Notes: a model not told the origin generated them from the sequence alone. A DNA stretch of 64,000 bases from Takakia lepidozioides (GCA_030704615.1 CM060731.1:82460001-82524000), one strand, 5' to 3'; numbered from the stretch's first letter, positions 52,343 to 64,000 are shown. Numbers and translations: made by a program.

Positions 52343-52619
52343 GACTGCCAGGATGGCGTGCGGGGAAGCTCCCTGGTAGAAGGGGGTGCAGCGATGGGAA
52401 TGAATGCGATGCCGATTTGTCCGAGCGACGAAGCCTGATCCAAATCCAGGGAGCCAACTATCTCAAAAATCCACAGTCAGAGTGTTAATGAACCTTGTCT
52501 CCGGAATGCGGCCCCTCGTCTTTGCGCAATAACTGCCAACGGTATACAGTCAGAAAGTGGGGGGCCGTCCGGATGATGACGGCTGAAGGGGAGAAGTCGG
52601 CACCGTGCCGTCACATTAC

Positions 52620-55600
52620 TACCCCCGAATGGAAATTCGGCACCCAATATCCAACAGAGGAAGCCCGGATGAAGTCGCCTCGGGCGCAGAGGCCGGAGTG
52701 TGTGCGACAGAGAACATCCCCTGGATGGAGATTCGGCGCCGAATTTCCATCCGGGCCCCCCAAAGGGAGTCGTGTCGGGGGGTCAGGCCGAAAACTGGAC
52801 GGCATAAAAACATCCCCAGATGGAAAAACGGCGCCGAATTTCCATCCGGGGCGGTTCGGATGCAGTCGGGGAGGGGGGAGTGGCCTGCACTTGGCCGTCA
52901 CATTTCAACCCCCGGACGGAAATTCGGCACCGAATATCGAACAGGGGACGCCCGGATGAAGTCGCCTCGGGCGCAGAGGCCGGCGAGTGTGCGACAGAGA
53001 ACATCCCCTGGATGTAGATTCGGCGCCGAATTTCCATCCGGGCCCCCCCAAAGGAAGTCTTGTCGGGGGGTCAAACCGAAAACTGGCCGACATAAAAACC
53101 TCCCCAGATGGGAAAACGGCGCCGAATTTCAATTCGGGGCCGTTCCAATGCAGTCGGGGAGAAGGGAGAGGTCGGCACCCTGGCCGTCATATTTCAACCC
53201 CCGGGACGGAAATTCGGCACCGAATATCCAACAGAGCGGCGGAGAGGCGGCACCTCTCCGACAGAGACCATCCCCCGGATGGAAATTCGGCGCCGAATTT
53301 CCATCCAGCAGGTAAGTGGAATCCCGGATGGATGGAGATTCGGCGCCGAATTTCCATCCGGCAGGTAATTGGAATCCCGGATGGATGGAGATTCGGCGCC
53401 GAATTTCCATTCGCCATGTATTTCATCGCTCAGAATTACCTTCCTGCAGGTAATTCCCAGATGAGAATTACCTTCGTGCAGGTAATTTCCAGATGAGAAT
53501 TACCTTCCTGCAGGTAATTCCAATCGATGCCGGTAGGATGTTAATTCCTCGTCCAGAATTACCTGCACGAAGGTAATTCTGATCGACGAATTACCTGCAG
53601 GAAGGTAATTCTCATCTGGAAATTACCTGCACGAAGGTAATTCTCATCTGGGAATTACCTGCACGAAGGTAATTCCTCGCTCAGAAATACTTGGCGAATG
53701 GAAATTCGGCGCCGAATATCCATACGGCACCGATCCGACTTACCTGCTGGATGGAAATTCGGCGCCGAATCTCCATCCATCCGGGATTCCACTCACCTGC
53801 TGGATGGAAATTCGGCGCCGAATTTGCATTCATCCGGGATTCGAATCACCTGCAGGATGGAAATTCGGCGCCGAATCTCCATCCATCCGGGATTCCACTT
53901 ACCTGCTGGATGGAAATTCGGCGCCGAATTTCCATTCATCCGGGATTCGAATTACCTGCAGGATGGAAATTCGGCGCCGAATTTCCATTCATCCGGGATT
54001 CCACTTACCTGCAGGATGGAAATTCGGCACCGAATTACCTGCGTGAGGGAAATTCGGCGCGCCGCCATACCTCCGCAGATGGAAATTCGGCGCCGGATTT
54101 CCATCCGCGCGCTTCCGAATTACCTGCTTGAGGGAAATTTCCAGCGCCGCACTACCTGGTTGGATGGAAATTCGGCGCCGGATTTCCATCCGCGCGCTTC
54201 CGAATTACCTGCGTGAGGGAAATTCGGCGCGCCACCCTATCTCCGCGGATGGAAATTCGGCGCCGGATTTCTATCCGAGCGCTTCCGAATTACCTGCTTG
54301 AGGGAAATTTCCAGCGCCGCCCTACCTGGCTGGATGGAAATTCGGCGCCGGATTTCCATCCGCGCGCTTCCGAATTACCTGCTTGAGGGAAATTTCCAGC
54401 GCCGCCCTACCTGGCTGGATGGAAATTCGGCGCCGGATTTCCATCCGCGCGCATCCAAATTACCTGCTTGAGGGAAATTCGGCGCGCCGCCCTATCTCCG
54501 CGGATGGAAATTCGGCGCCGGATTTCCATCCGAGCGCTTCCGAATTACCTGCTTGAGGGAAATTTCCAGCGCCGCCCTACCTGGCTGGATGGAAATTCGG
54601 CGCCGGATTTCCATCCGCGCGCTTCCGAATTACCTGCTTGAGGGAAATTTCCAGCGCCGCACTACCTGGTTGGATGGAAATTCGGCGCCGGATTTCCATC
54701 CGCGCGCTTCCGAATTACCTGCTTGAGGGAAATTCGGCGCACCGCCCTATCTCCGCGGATGGAAATTCGGCGCCGGATTTCCATCCGAGCGCTTCCGAAT
54801 TACCTGCTTGAGGGAAATTTCCAGCGCCGCACTACCTGGTTGGATGGAAATTCGGCGCCGGATTTCCATCCGCGCGCTTCCGAATTACCTGCGTGAGGGA
54901 AATTCGGCGCGCCACCCTATCTCCGCGGATGGAAATTCGGCGCCGGATTTCCATCCGAGCGCTTCCGAATTACCTGCTTGAGGGAAATTTCCAGCGCCGC
55001 CCTACCTGGCTGGATGGAAATTCGGCGCCGGATTTCCATCCGCGCGCTTCCGAATTACCTGCTTGAGGGAAATTCGGCGCGCCGCCCTATCTCCGCGGAT
55101 GGAAATCCGAGCGCTTCCGAATTTCCATCCGAGCGCTTCCGAATTACCTGCTTGAGGGAAATTTCCAGCGCCGCCCTACCTGGCTGGATGGAAATTCGGC
55201 GCCGGATTTCCATCCGCGCGCTTCCGAATTACCTGCTTGAGGGAAATTTCCAGCGCCGCACTACCTGGTTGGATGGAAATTCGGCGCCGGATTTACATCC
55301 GCGCGCTTCCGAATTACCTGCTTGAGGGAAATTCGGCGCGCCGCCCTATCTCCGCGGATGGAAATTCGTCGCCGGATTTCCATCCGAGCGCTTCCGAATT
55401 ACCTGCTTGAGGGAAATTTCCAGCGCCGCACTACCTGGTTGGATGAAAATTCGGCGCCGGATTTCCATCCGGGCGCTTCCGAATTACCTGCTTGAGGGAA
55501 ATTTCCAGCGCCGCCCTTCCTCCGCGGATGGAAATTCGGCGCTGGATATCCATCCTGCTGTGCTCCGAATTACCTGCAGGATGGAAATCCGGCGCCGGAA

Positions 55601-55625
55601 TTCCATCGTGCAGCGCTCCGAATTA
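52620..55625. repeat. Composite palindrome-rich arrays between the divergent genes (periods ~288, 53, 32 and 85 bp)
   Basis: 30-bp perfect palindrome GGATGGAAATTCGGCGCCGAATTTCCATCC at 53277-53306; 53-bp units at 53700-54030; about 18 units of 85 bp at 54045-55540. Confidence 0.92.
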
Positions 55626-56447
55626 CCTCTACGTTGGAAATTCCGGGACTGTTTACGTCGATTTTCATCCGACATGGAGGGCTTCATCCGACATTTAATT
55701 GCGCAGTTGGGCAATAAATGTCGACGGCCGTCGGTTATTATTCTGGCTGGCGACGCATGGCTTCCTGGACACGTACCCTAAATCTCATGCTAATCTTGGC
55801 TTAACATGGTATTCCAGGCATGTACCCCAAAAAATGAGATCTTTTTGGCTGGGACTTATGCCGCCTGAAGGGCGTGGCTCTCCTGAGGGAGACCTCACAT
55901 CCAGACCGCGGCGGAAGTTGAAAGCTCTGTACTACGAACGACGGCCAATCTCTCGCATGGCCAAACTGAAGCTCCAGCAGGAGATTCCAGTGTCTTGCTC
56001 ACAACTTGCGCCAACTGAAGCCGAGTACTCTCAGGCAAGCCACTTCTGCTTTCGGTTTGTTCGATTTATTTTTTGCTTTCGCTTTGTTACCTCGCTTTGT
56101 TTTTGCATCTTCATCCTGGCTTTGCTGTATGAGTGAACTTTAGATAGTTGAGTGAACCTTAGATTGTTTGCAATGCGTGTGCAAATCCGGCACCTCTGGA
56201 GAAGGCTGCTTGTGCATGTCATTCTTAGGCAATGGTTGCATTTGTTTTCATTGTTGTTGCATGGCTCTCCATACTTCCTAAACTTGTTATGTTTTCATTT
56301 TTGCTACATGATTGTTGCTATGGTGGTTGCGCTGCTCGTTGCGATGCTGCTTTTTGCACCGATGTTGGTTTTCACGATTTTTGTCAATGACAGAGTGACG
56401 ACGAGCCCGGCACGCTGGTGGTATCATCGACAGCTCCAACTCATCGC

Positions 56448-59400
56448 ATGTTTGAATCGCCCAACTTGGGGCGAGAGGGCAAACTTAAACCTTTTGTTGG
56501 TGGACGGGAGGACTTGCAACGAGATTACGACAGAGTAGGCATTGGGGAGGTTGGTGCAGGCGGCATGGCAGGTGAAGGGCGTGAGGACATGAGGACAGCA
56601 GATCCGGCAATGGAGGTTGTTCATGCACATGCAGTAGGGCCCGCCCACGCAAAGAAAAAGAAGAAAGCTAAGCACATGCAATCCCCGGCGAGAGAGCAGT
56701 CACGGGCTGCGGAGGGGGGAGTGAGCAGTGCGCGCGAGGGTGTCAGTTCGCCTCAATCAAAGGTGGTCGTCCTGGAGGGCTCCCCTGCTGCTAGCCCTAG
56801 TAAGAAACAGAAAGCCCGTGAGAGGGCAAAAGAGAGGGCAAAAGAACAGACGAGACAGAATGCTAGCCAGGAGGAAAGACAAAAGGCAGCTGAAGAGGCC
56901 AGGGGTGCCCAAATGACAGATGCCAATGTAAGCGAGGGACACACAGAGACGGTGGATCCCTACAAGACACCACAGAGAGGCAGTAGCACACCGGTTAGAC
57001 CATCGCGGGCAAGAGCAGCCCCCGCAATTACCCATACGGTGGAGAGTGGAGGAGAGGAAAGAACACCTGAAAGAGCACGGATTGTGCAAGTTTGAGGTGA
57101 AGCCAGGGAGAGGGCAGTAGAGACGACGAGAGTGCTGGAGGTGGTTTCGCAGGTGGCTGACCCTGTTGAGGAGGACGACATGGAGGTTTCTGACCAGGAT
57201 GACATCCTCCCGGACATCCCCAGGCCCCAAACCCGGAGCATACAGGCTGGATTTGGCGGTCCTGGTGGGCTGCCGGAAAACCCCTCTGCAGCAGACGTCA
57301 TGTCTGAGGCGGATATGAAGTTGGCCGCTGCCAAGATGTTGGAGGCAACCCACAGCAACATTGGCAGGGTGCTGGGGGGCATGGTGTACCCGGCCAAGCT
57401 TCGAATTCCCCTTTGCCGCTTGGTGTCATTGCAGGTGGTGAGACCTGCCCTCCCAGGCGATATCGACAAGCTGAAATTCTCTTTCCGGGATGGATATCGA
57501 ATGGGGTCTACTGCGTTTTATGTTTCCATTGAGAACGACCACGGAGCTTCCCGTGCCCACACTTCCGATGAGGTGGACAAATGGGGTCCCCATTGGCAAA
57601 CGCGAAATGAGGAGTTCGAGAGATCGATTGCTAGTGATCCTCTTTTCCAGCACATGTCCGGTAAGATGTTCTACGTGTGGGACGACAATCATCGCCTCCT
57701 GGCATGGATGGAGCACATTGCCCAAGCCCACCCCAACGATCTCGATTGGCATTTCGCCGTCGATTGTGTTGTGCTGAAGGTTGCGGGGCCCAAAGATTAC
57801 AGTCTTCTCAAAGCTGCAATGGCAGACATCAACTCGTAAGCTACAACCCCTCTCGCTTTTGGACTTTGAATTTGGAAGTCATTTCATTGCGAATCCTCAT
57901 ATATGATGAAAATTCCCATTTCAGTATTGTTTGATGGAAATGTGGCACTGCAGGGTGACTGAGAATGCCTTCATTGCCACCAACTTGTCCCATATGCTCT
58001 TCCGAGTGAAGGATGTCGGGAAGCAGGGGGTGCAAGAGTTTGCCAATTCCCTCAGTGCCGACCTCCTACGCAAGTCGGAGGCAAAGGCAGACAGAACGTG
58101 GTATAGGCTGAGCGTCGACGCCATGGTGGACTACATATTTCGGGTAAAGCTCCTGACAGTTTTGTTGAGCTAATCTGTCTCTCCTCCCCCAATAGAAGAA
58201 ATTGTGTTGAGCAGGATCTCTAATCTTATGTGCGCATTCTTGACAGACGAAAATACAGCAGGATTTGGCACATGCGCGGAGGTTCTACATGGAGTCAGAG
58301 GAGAAGAATCCAACCCTCCCGGAACTCGAATCGTATGTCAAAGCTGCGGAGGTGAGGGCCCGCATAAAGTACAAGTCGCGGATGGTAAAGTACGTGGCCA
58401 TAGCTGATCCCGCCCTTGGTGCCGACTTTCTGGTGGAGGTGGGGAAGCACTACTCTCGCGCTCTGAAGCCCACGATGACATTGGAGAAGCTCCATCGTCT
58501 AGCCACATCCTGTGTGGATGCAACAGAAAAGGTGATACATTCTTAACAAAATTGTGGTGGCAACAACTCCTTTTTGTGGTGTTTGGCGCTTACGAATATG
58601 CTGGGTGGTTGGACAGACCCGGTGGCTCCAAATCTGGAATGGTTCCCAAAGTATCAGGGACATGTGGAGCTTCCCCAAACCGGACAAACTCTCTGACCCC
58701 ACATTCGACATGTGGATGAACCGCATGACATGGTGGTTTCAGGTACTTCCCCACGCTTCGTTTGGGGCTTCTACTCTAGTAGGGGGTGGATTCATTGTAT
58801 TTTTTGAGGAAAGCGATCTGGTGGACAATCTCCACAAGTGACGACGAATGCGCAAGAGCAGCTGGACACACAAGCACATCAGTTCAAGATGGAGATATCT
58901 CCTGCAGCAGAGAGCCTACGTGACTATGTGACGAGGTACTTTCTGCTCTACAAAACCAACCTATTCTTTCGGGAGATAGCAGATGCTCGCCGGAGCCACG
59001 AGTTCACCGACCAGCCGAACGCGGACAAAGCAGCAATGCGCCTTCTGTACAGGTCCATACGCGCTGCCTTTCTTTCAAGTCCTGGCATTTCAGGATGTTA
59101 GAGGCCTCAAGTGGTGTTAGGGAAAATGGCGCCGAATTTCCAGTCAGGGCTCCGAAAATGGCTAAGTCCCTAGACTGGCTGGCCCGGAACTGGAAATTCG
59201 GCGCCATTTTCCAGTTCCAGGCCCTATTGCCGTCCAGGGACTTAGCCATTTTCGGTCTAAGTCCCTAGACTGGCTGGCCCTGAAGTGGAAATTCGGCGCC
59301 ATTTTCCAGTTGTAGGCCCTATTGCCGTTCAGGGACTTAGCCATTTTCGGCCTAAGTCCCTAGTGTGGCTGGCCCGGAACTGGAAATTCGGCGCCGCTTT

Positions 59401-62400
59401 CCAGTTCTAGGCCCTATTGCCGTCCAGGGACTTAGCCATTTTCGGGCTAAGTCCCTAGACTGGCTGGCCCTGAACTGGAAATTCGGCGCCATTTTCCAGT
59501 TCCAGGCCCTATTGCCGTTCAGGGACTTAGCCATTTTCGGTCTAAGTCCCTAGACTGGCTGGCCCTGAAGTGGAAATTCGGCGCCATATTCCAGTTTTAG
59601 GCCCTATTGCCGTTCAGGGACTTAGCCATTTTCGGCCTAAGTCCCTAGTGTGGCTGGCCCGGAACTGGAAATTCGGCGCCGTTTTCCAGTTCTAGGCCCT
59701 ATTGCCGTCCAGGGACTTAGCCATTTTCGGGCTAAGTCCCTAGACTGGCTGGCCCTGAACTGGAAATTCGGCGCCATTTTCCAGTTCCAGGCCCTATTGC
59801 CGTTCAGGGACTTAGCCATTTTCGGCCTAAGTCCCTAGACTGGCTGGCCTTGAAGTGGAAATTCGGCGCCATATTCCAGTTTTAGGCCCTATTGCCGTTC
59901 AGGGACTTAGCCATTTTCGGCCTAAGTCCCTAGTGTGGCTGGCCCGGAACTGGAAATTCGGCGCCGTTTTCCAGTTCTAGGCCCTATTGCCGTCCAGGGA
60001 CTTAGCCATTTTCGGTCTAAGTCCCTAGACTGGCTGGCCCTGAACTGGAAATTCGGCGCCATTTTCCAGTTCCAGGCCCTATTGCCGTTCAGGGACTTAG
60101 CCATTTTCGGGCTAAGTCCCTAGACTGGCTGGCCCTGAAGTGGAAATTCGGCGCCATATTCCAGTTTTAGGCCCTATTGCCGTTCAGGGACTTAGCCATT
60201 TTCGGGCTAAGTCCCTAGACTGGGTGGCCCTGAACTGGAAATTCGGCGCCATTTTCCAGTTCCAGGCCGTATTGCCGTTCAGGGACTTAGCCATTTTCGG
60301 GCTAAGTCCCTAGACTGGGTGGCCCTGAACTGGAAATTCGGCGCCATATTCCAGTTGTAGGCCCTATTGCCGTTCAGGGACTTAGCCATTTTCGGACCTC
60401 ATTGTGTTTTTCATGAATGCAGGTACTGTAAGTTCTCCCTTTTGGAGAAAGGTCATCTGTCTTTCGAGCCACCATTCTTCCTGGCATGGAGGAACCCTGG
60501 GGCTGACTCCATGTACACTGACGATATTGTGAAGGAGTGGCATCTGGAACATTTGCGTGATTGCCCTTGGTATGTGGACCTTCCGCCCGGCTCGCTCGAC
60601 CCATCCGAGTTTCAATTGAAGCTGGATGCTGAATTCCGACGAAACCGGGCTCCGCTGCCTCCGTTGGGTGCAAAAGAGGCAAAAGCGCTTGCGAACTCCA
60701 GGAAAGCGGCAGAGCTTGCTCAGGCAGGAATTCAGGAGAAATTGCATGAGAAGAGTAAAGGTCAAAGGAAAAGGACAAGGAAACAGGTGACTGCAGTAAC
60801 ACCCAAAAAGAAGAAAACCATCGGGGCATCGGAGGAGGCGCAGGAGGGGACCCAAGAGAGTGACTCCGACGCCGATTTTGTTCAAGGTCCTGCGACTGCT
60901 GTTGCTCCTACCCAGTCACCGGTCGTCCGGGTTCCCAAGTCAGTTCGGAGTGGGACTGGCTCTGCCAAGAAGTTGGCATTTGAGGGCGAGCCTACACGCC
61001 GGTATTCGGCGGTGACGTTTACGCACAGGCCAAAGCTAGAACCTCCAACCATCATCCAATGCGTCAATGAGAGCTTCCTTGACGCTCTCGCTGCCAGGGC
61101 GAAGAAGGTGGCACACAACAAGTCTCTGGCGGAGCAGAAGGGGAAAGCCAAGAAGAGGGCTGCCGGTACAGAGCCTAAAGACACCCCTGGTTTTGAAGCC
61201 ATGATGGAATTCTTCACGGCTGTGAGCACGAATTGCAAGAGCACTTGGGGGGGGGTTGAGGTGGAGAGAGCTTGCGACATGATTCTCCTCGACATTCCAG
61301 ATGGGGAGCTGCTGGAGGGCCTGGATGGTGTGCCCACCTGGAACAGGTTTACTGAGGACTACTGGAAAGCCGGGTTTGGGCTGGCGGGGATGCTTCTGGA
61401 TGACGGTGGATGTGTGGTTGTCCTTGCCACGAGAGGGAAGACCACAGAGAATGCGGTGGCAAGGTGGACACCGAAAAGTGTCACCCCGGTCCTCCTCAGA
61501 AAATGGTTCTGCATCAGTACGCAGGGGTTGCGAACAGAGGGCCAAAGTGTAAGTTATCAATCTATTGCATTCACTTCATATTGTGGTGTATGTTAAGTAG
61601 ACCCTGGAATTGATCCCTTCTTTGTTGGATGTGCAGACATTGGTGTTTGAGGCATATTGCTTTGTGAAGAGAGGGTCTACGTTCAAATTCCGCAACGACG
61701 GTCGTCTTGTTGATGCCGCTGTGGACCCTGTAACCTACGATGTCCTCTACAACTATGTGCCCCACTCTAGTATGCCGAAGGACACAAAGACAGGCAAACC
61801 GTGGCGGTACAGCCGGACCTGGAGCCCTGCTTTCATCCAAACCCTCATGGAGACGTGCTCGGATGTCCAAGGGCGGATTCTGGACCTCACATGCGGCACG
61901 GGTAAGCCTTCACGTGCTCAGTTTGTCCCCTGGCCCCATTGCAATTGCATGCCGCAAGCTATTAACCGCCCGCTTTGTTCCTCAGGTGCTTCAATGTGGG
62001 CAGGGACGTTGTTCGACAGGCATGTGTTCGCCTTCGAGCCAGATACTGCCCTCCACAACTCGGAACTTGCAGCGGCTGAACGTCTGCCGAAAGAGGAAGA
62101 GGCATCCTCGGAGGATGAGGAAAAATCCGAGAAGGAGCAGGGGGAGGAAGTTGGGATCGAGGCCGAGGAGCCCCCGGTTTACGAGTGAGTGGTGGCATTG
62201 TAAGTTGCCTCCAGATTTTGTGAGGCACCTCCCTCCGCTCTCTTATTTCATTGAAAACCCTTTCTGCTTGTGCTGGTATTGACATTCTTGAAGTGGATTT
62301 GTTCTTACTGTAGGATGCCAAGTACTGCCGGAGGGACGTCTACACCGGAGTTCATGGGCAGGAGGAACGTGCCTTTTTTTGCCAGGGGGGATTTCATGCC

Positions 62401-62773
62401 AAGTCCAGAAAGGGAGTACATCCTTCCTACTTATGCTGCCCGGCTTGCTTCGGTGTCCATTAGGAGGTGTTCCGAACGTAGTCGTGTACAGCAGATTTTA
62501 GACGAGGCAAGCCTCAAGAAAATGAAGATGAGGGAGGAGGCAGCAGCTATTAGAGCCCGTCGGGCTCGTAGATTTGTGTTGGATTCTGCTGAGGAAAGTG
62601 GGGGAGAAGACGCAGAAGATTCCCAGGAGGTGAGGTGGACAGTCCCCCAAGGAGAGGACGGGATTTTTGAGAGGCATAGTGGAACTGATGCATCACAGAG
62701 CTCGGAGGATGAGGGGGATGAGGGGGATGAGGAAGAAGGTGGGGCAAGTTCCTCGGAGGGTGTAGGAGAGTAG
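56448..62773 (+). pseudogene. Spliced MULE cargo gene: ParB/Srx-like domain plus beta-class N6A/N4C DNA methyltransferase-like domain and acidic tail; one in-frame TGA
   Basis: Phase-consistent exons ~56448-57835, 57954-58143, 58247-58531, 58617-58742, 58862-59052, 60423-61548, 61637-61901, 61986-62184, 62314-62773; FYVWDDNHRLLAW; DMILLDIPDG; SPAFIQTLMETCSDVQGRILDLTCGTGASMWAGTLFDRHVFAFEPD; stop at 57093; start codon uncertain. Confidence 0.78.
59120..60396. repeat. Intronic 95-bp tandem array (13 units, 285-bp higher-order period)
   Basis: CTAAGTCCC recurs every 95 bp from about 59161 to 60301; near-identical ORFs recur at 59352, 59637 and 59922; lies within intron 59053-60422. Confidence 0.95.
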
Positions 62774-62994
62774 TGCCCATTCCGGCTATGACAGTTAGAA
62801 CACACTTGTATAGACGTGGCTTGCCACAAAATTTGCAATAAAATGTTGCATTTCAAGTCCACTGGTGCCACATTCCAACTTCACATGACCCTATTTCCGT
62901 GCCTCCTAACCCTATTTCCGTGGACTCACAATGGTCTGCTCATGCTTTTTTTTTTTCCGCTCATGCTCATGCCGCTCATGAAATAGCAGCCCCC

Positions 62995-63877
62995 CTTAGC
63001 CATTTTGGTGCTCCAGCCGAGGTACTCATGGACCAGGGGAGAGAGTTCTTGGAGGAGTTTCAGGCTTTGTGAGAGCAAGCCTTGATAGATCACCGTACTA
63101 CTTCTCGGGATCATCCCGGGGCTGATGGCTTGGCGGAGAGAGTTGTTCAGACAGTCAAGAGAGGTTTGTACGGTTTGCAGAAGGGACACCTAGGAGATTG
63201 GGACCTTCAGCTACCTTGGCTAGCTATGGGCTATAGGTTCAGCAAACAAGCTTCACTTGCCTCATTCTCACCTTACTTTCTTCTCTTTGGCCAAGAGCCG
63301 GATTTGCCTGCATCTATTTGCAGGGAGGCTGCAATAGTTCTCAATCTTGATGATCCGGATGTGTCGACACAAGCATGTGCCCAGCGGGCAGAGTTGTTCA
63401 AGAGAGTCATGCCTATGGCTTTTGAGAACCTTGCTATTGCCCAGCACCAAGACACATTGAGGTACGCCACTATACGTGGATGGGGATATCGGCCAAGTGT
63501 TCGGCGTTTCCACCATGGGGACTATGTGTATCTGCAGCAGACAATGCCTACGACCTTGGATGTCACAGCAGGACGTGTGATTCTAAGGGTCAGGGAGGTG
63601 TTGCCTTCAGGAGTGTTGATTCTGGAGGGTCGAGATGGCATGGTATGGAAGGACCATGTGCGCAATTGTGCGCCATGTCACCTTCCACATGTGGATGGGA
63701 GGATAGATCCTAACCTGCAGTGGTACCTGCAGGGTTGCGTTGCATGCTGGTGGCGCCGCAACCATGTTGGTGTGTGACAAATGCTCAAGGGGGTGGCACA
63801 TGGGATGTTTGACACCGCCACTTGAGGAGGTTCCTATCGGAGAATGGTTGTGTCCACGATGCCTTGGACAGAGGTAG
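62995..63877 (+). mobile_element. Gypsy integrase core 3' half with C-terminal PHD finger
   Basis: FGAPAEVLMDQGREF..HPGADGLAERVVQTVK..SPYFLLFG; then MLVCDKCSRGWHMGCLTPPLEEVPIGEWLCPRC, stop at 63875. Confidence 0.9.
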
Positions 63878-64000
63878 TGGGCATGACAATGGTGAGGCGG
63901 ACAAGTGATCCAAGGTCTAGCTAGTGGGGCTTCAATTCCATGGATACTCAACTGAAGATCATGGATTGCATGAAGGCGACTAACGATGGGGCTACGTTTG

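Larger units (their letters stand above)
47820..62994. mobile_element. 15,175-bp Mutator-like DNA transposon with short TIRs, 8-bp TSD and two divergent genes
   Basis: TSD CTTAGCCA at 47812-47819 and 62995-63002; TIR GAGGTTTGCTATTTCATGAGC vs GGGGGCTGCTATTTCATGAGC (reverse complement of the right end) with CATGAGC subterminal repeats; removing it restores the integrase frame VLS-HFGAPAEVL. Confidence 0.93.

Noticed and set aside
52495-55781. Many ORFs such as MEIRRRISI.. and GNSAPNFH..
   Set aside because: Translations of palindromic tandem repeats, appearing alike on both strands
59120-60396. CRISPR-like array of palindromic repeats
   Set aside because: Intervening sequences are near-identical rather than unique spacers, there are no cas genes, and the context is a eukaryotic intron
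47820-62994. Zisupton/KDZ or hAT assignment (8-bp TSD, SWIM)
   Set aside because: The catalytic core has the Mutator pattern (FMAD, CxxH, TN.AES) and lacks hAT or KDZ motifs that I can recognise

Overview
Eukaryotic nuclear DNA from an early-diverging land plant, most likely a bryophyte (inferred from the PLS-DYW PPR style, the plant initiator tRNA and the TE families). The left third holds host genes: an RNA-editing PPR-DYW protein with an N-terminal OSB-type PDF motif, a 9-exon PAS + receiver-domain gene with no histidine kinase, a DNase I-like (EEP) gene and tRNA-iMet. These are interleaved with decayed LINE, Helitron, hAT-MITE and SINE pieces. The right two thirds is a nested transposon block: an L1 3' end, a Sola1-type element with cargo pseudogenes, a kinase-bearing repeat element, and a PHD-finger Gypsy integrase. 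The main result is a 15.2-kb Mutator-like element (47820-62994, short TIRs, 8-bp TSD CTTAGCCA) that splits the Gypsy integrase. It encodes a GCM-like/DDE/SWIM transposase and, divergently, a spliced cargo gene fusing a ParB/Srx-like domain to a beta-class N6A/N4C DNA-methyltransferase-like domain. It also carries several tandem arrays of different period that share one palindromic motif (GGAAATTCGGCGCC), and its insertion target matches 12 nt of its own repeat motif. Both genes in this copy carry stops or frameshifts. All calls were made by eye, without database searches.
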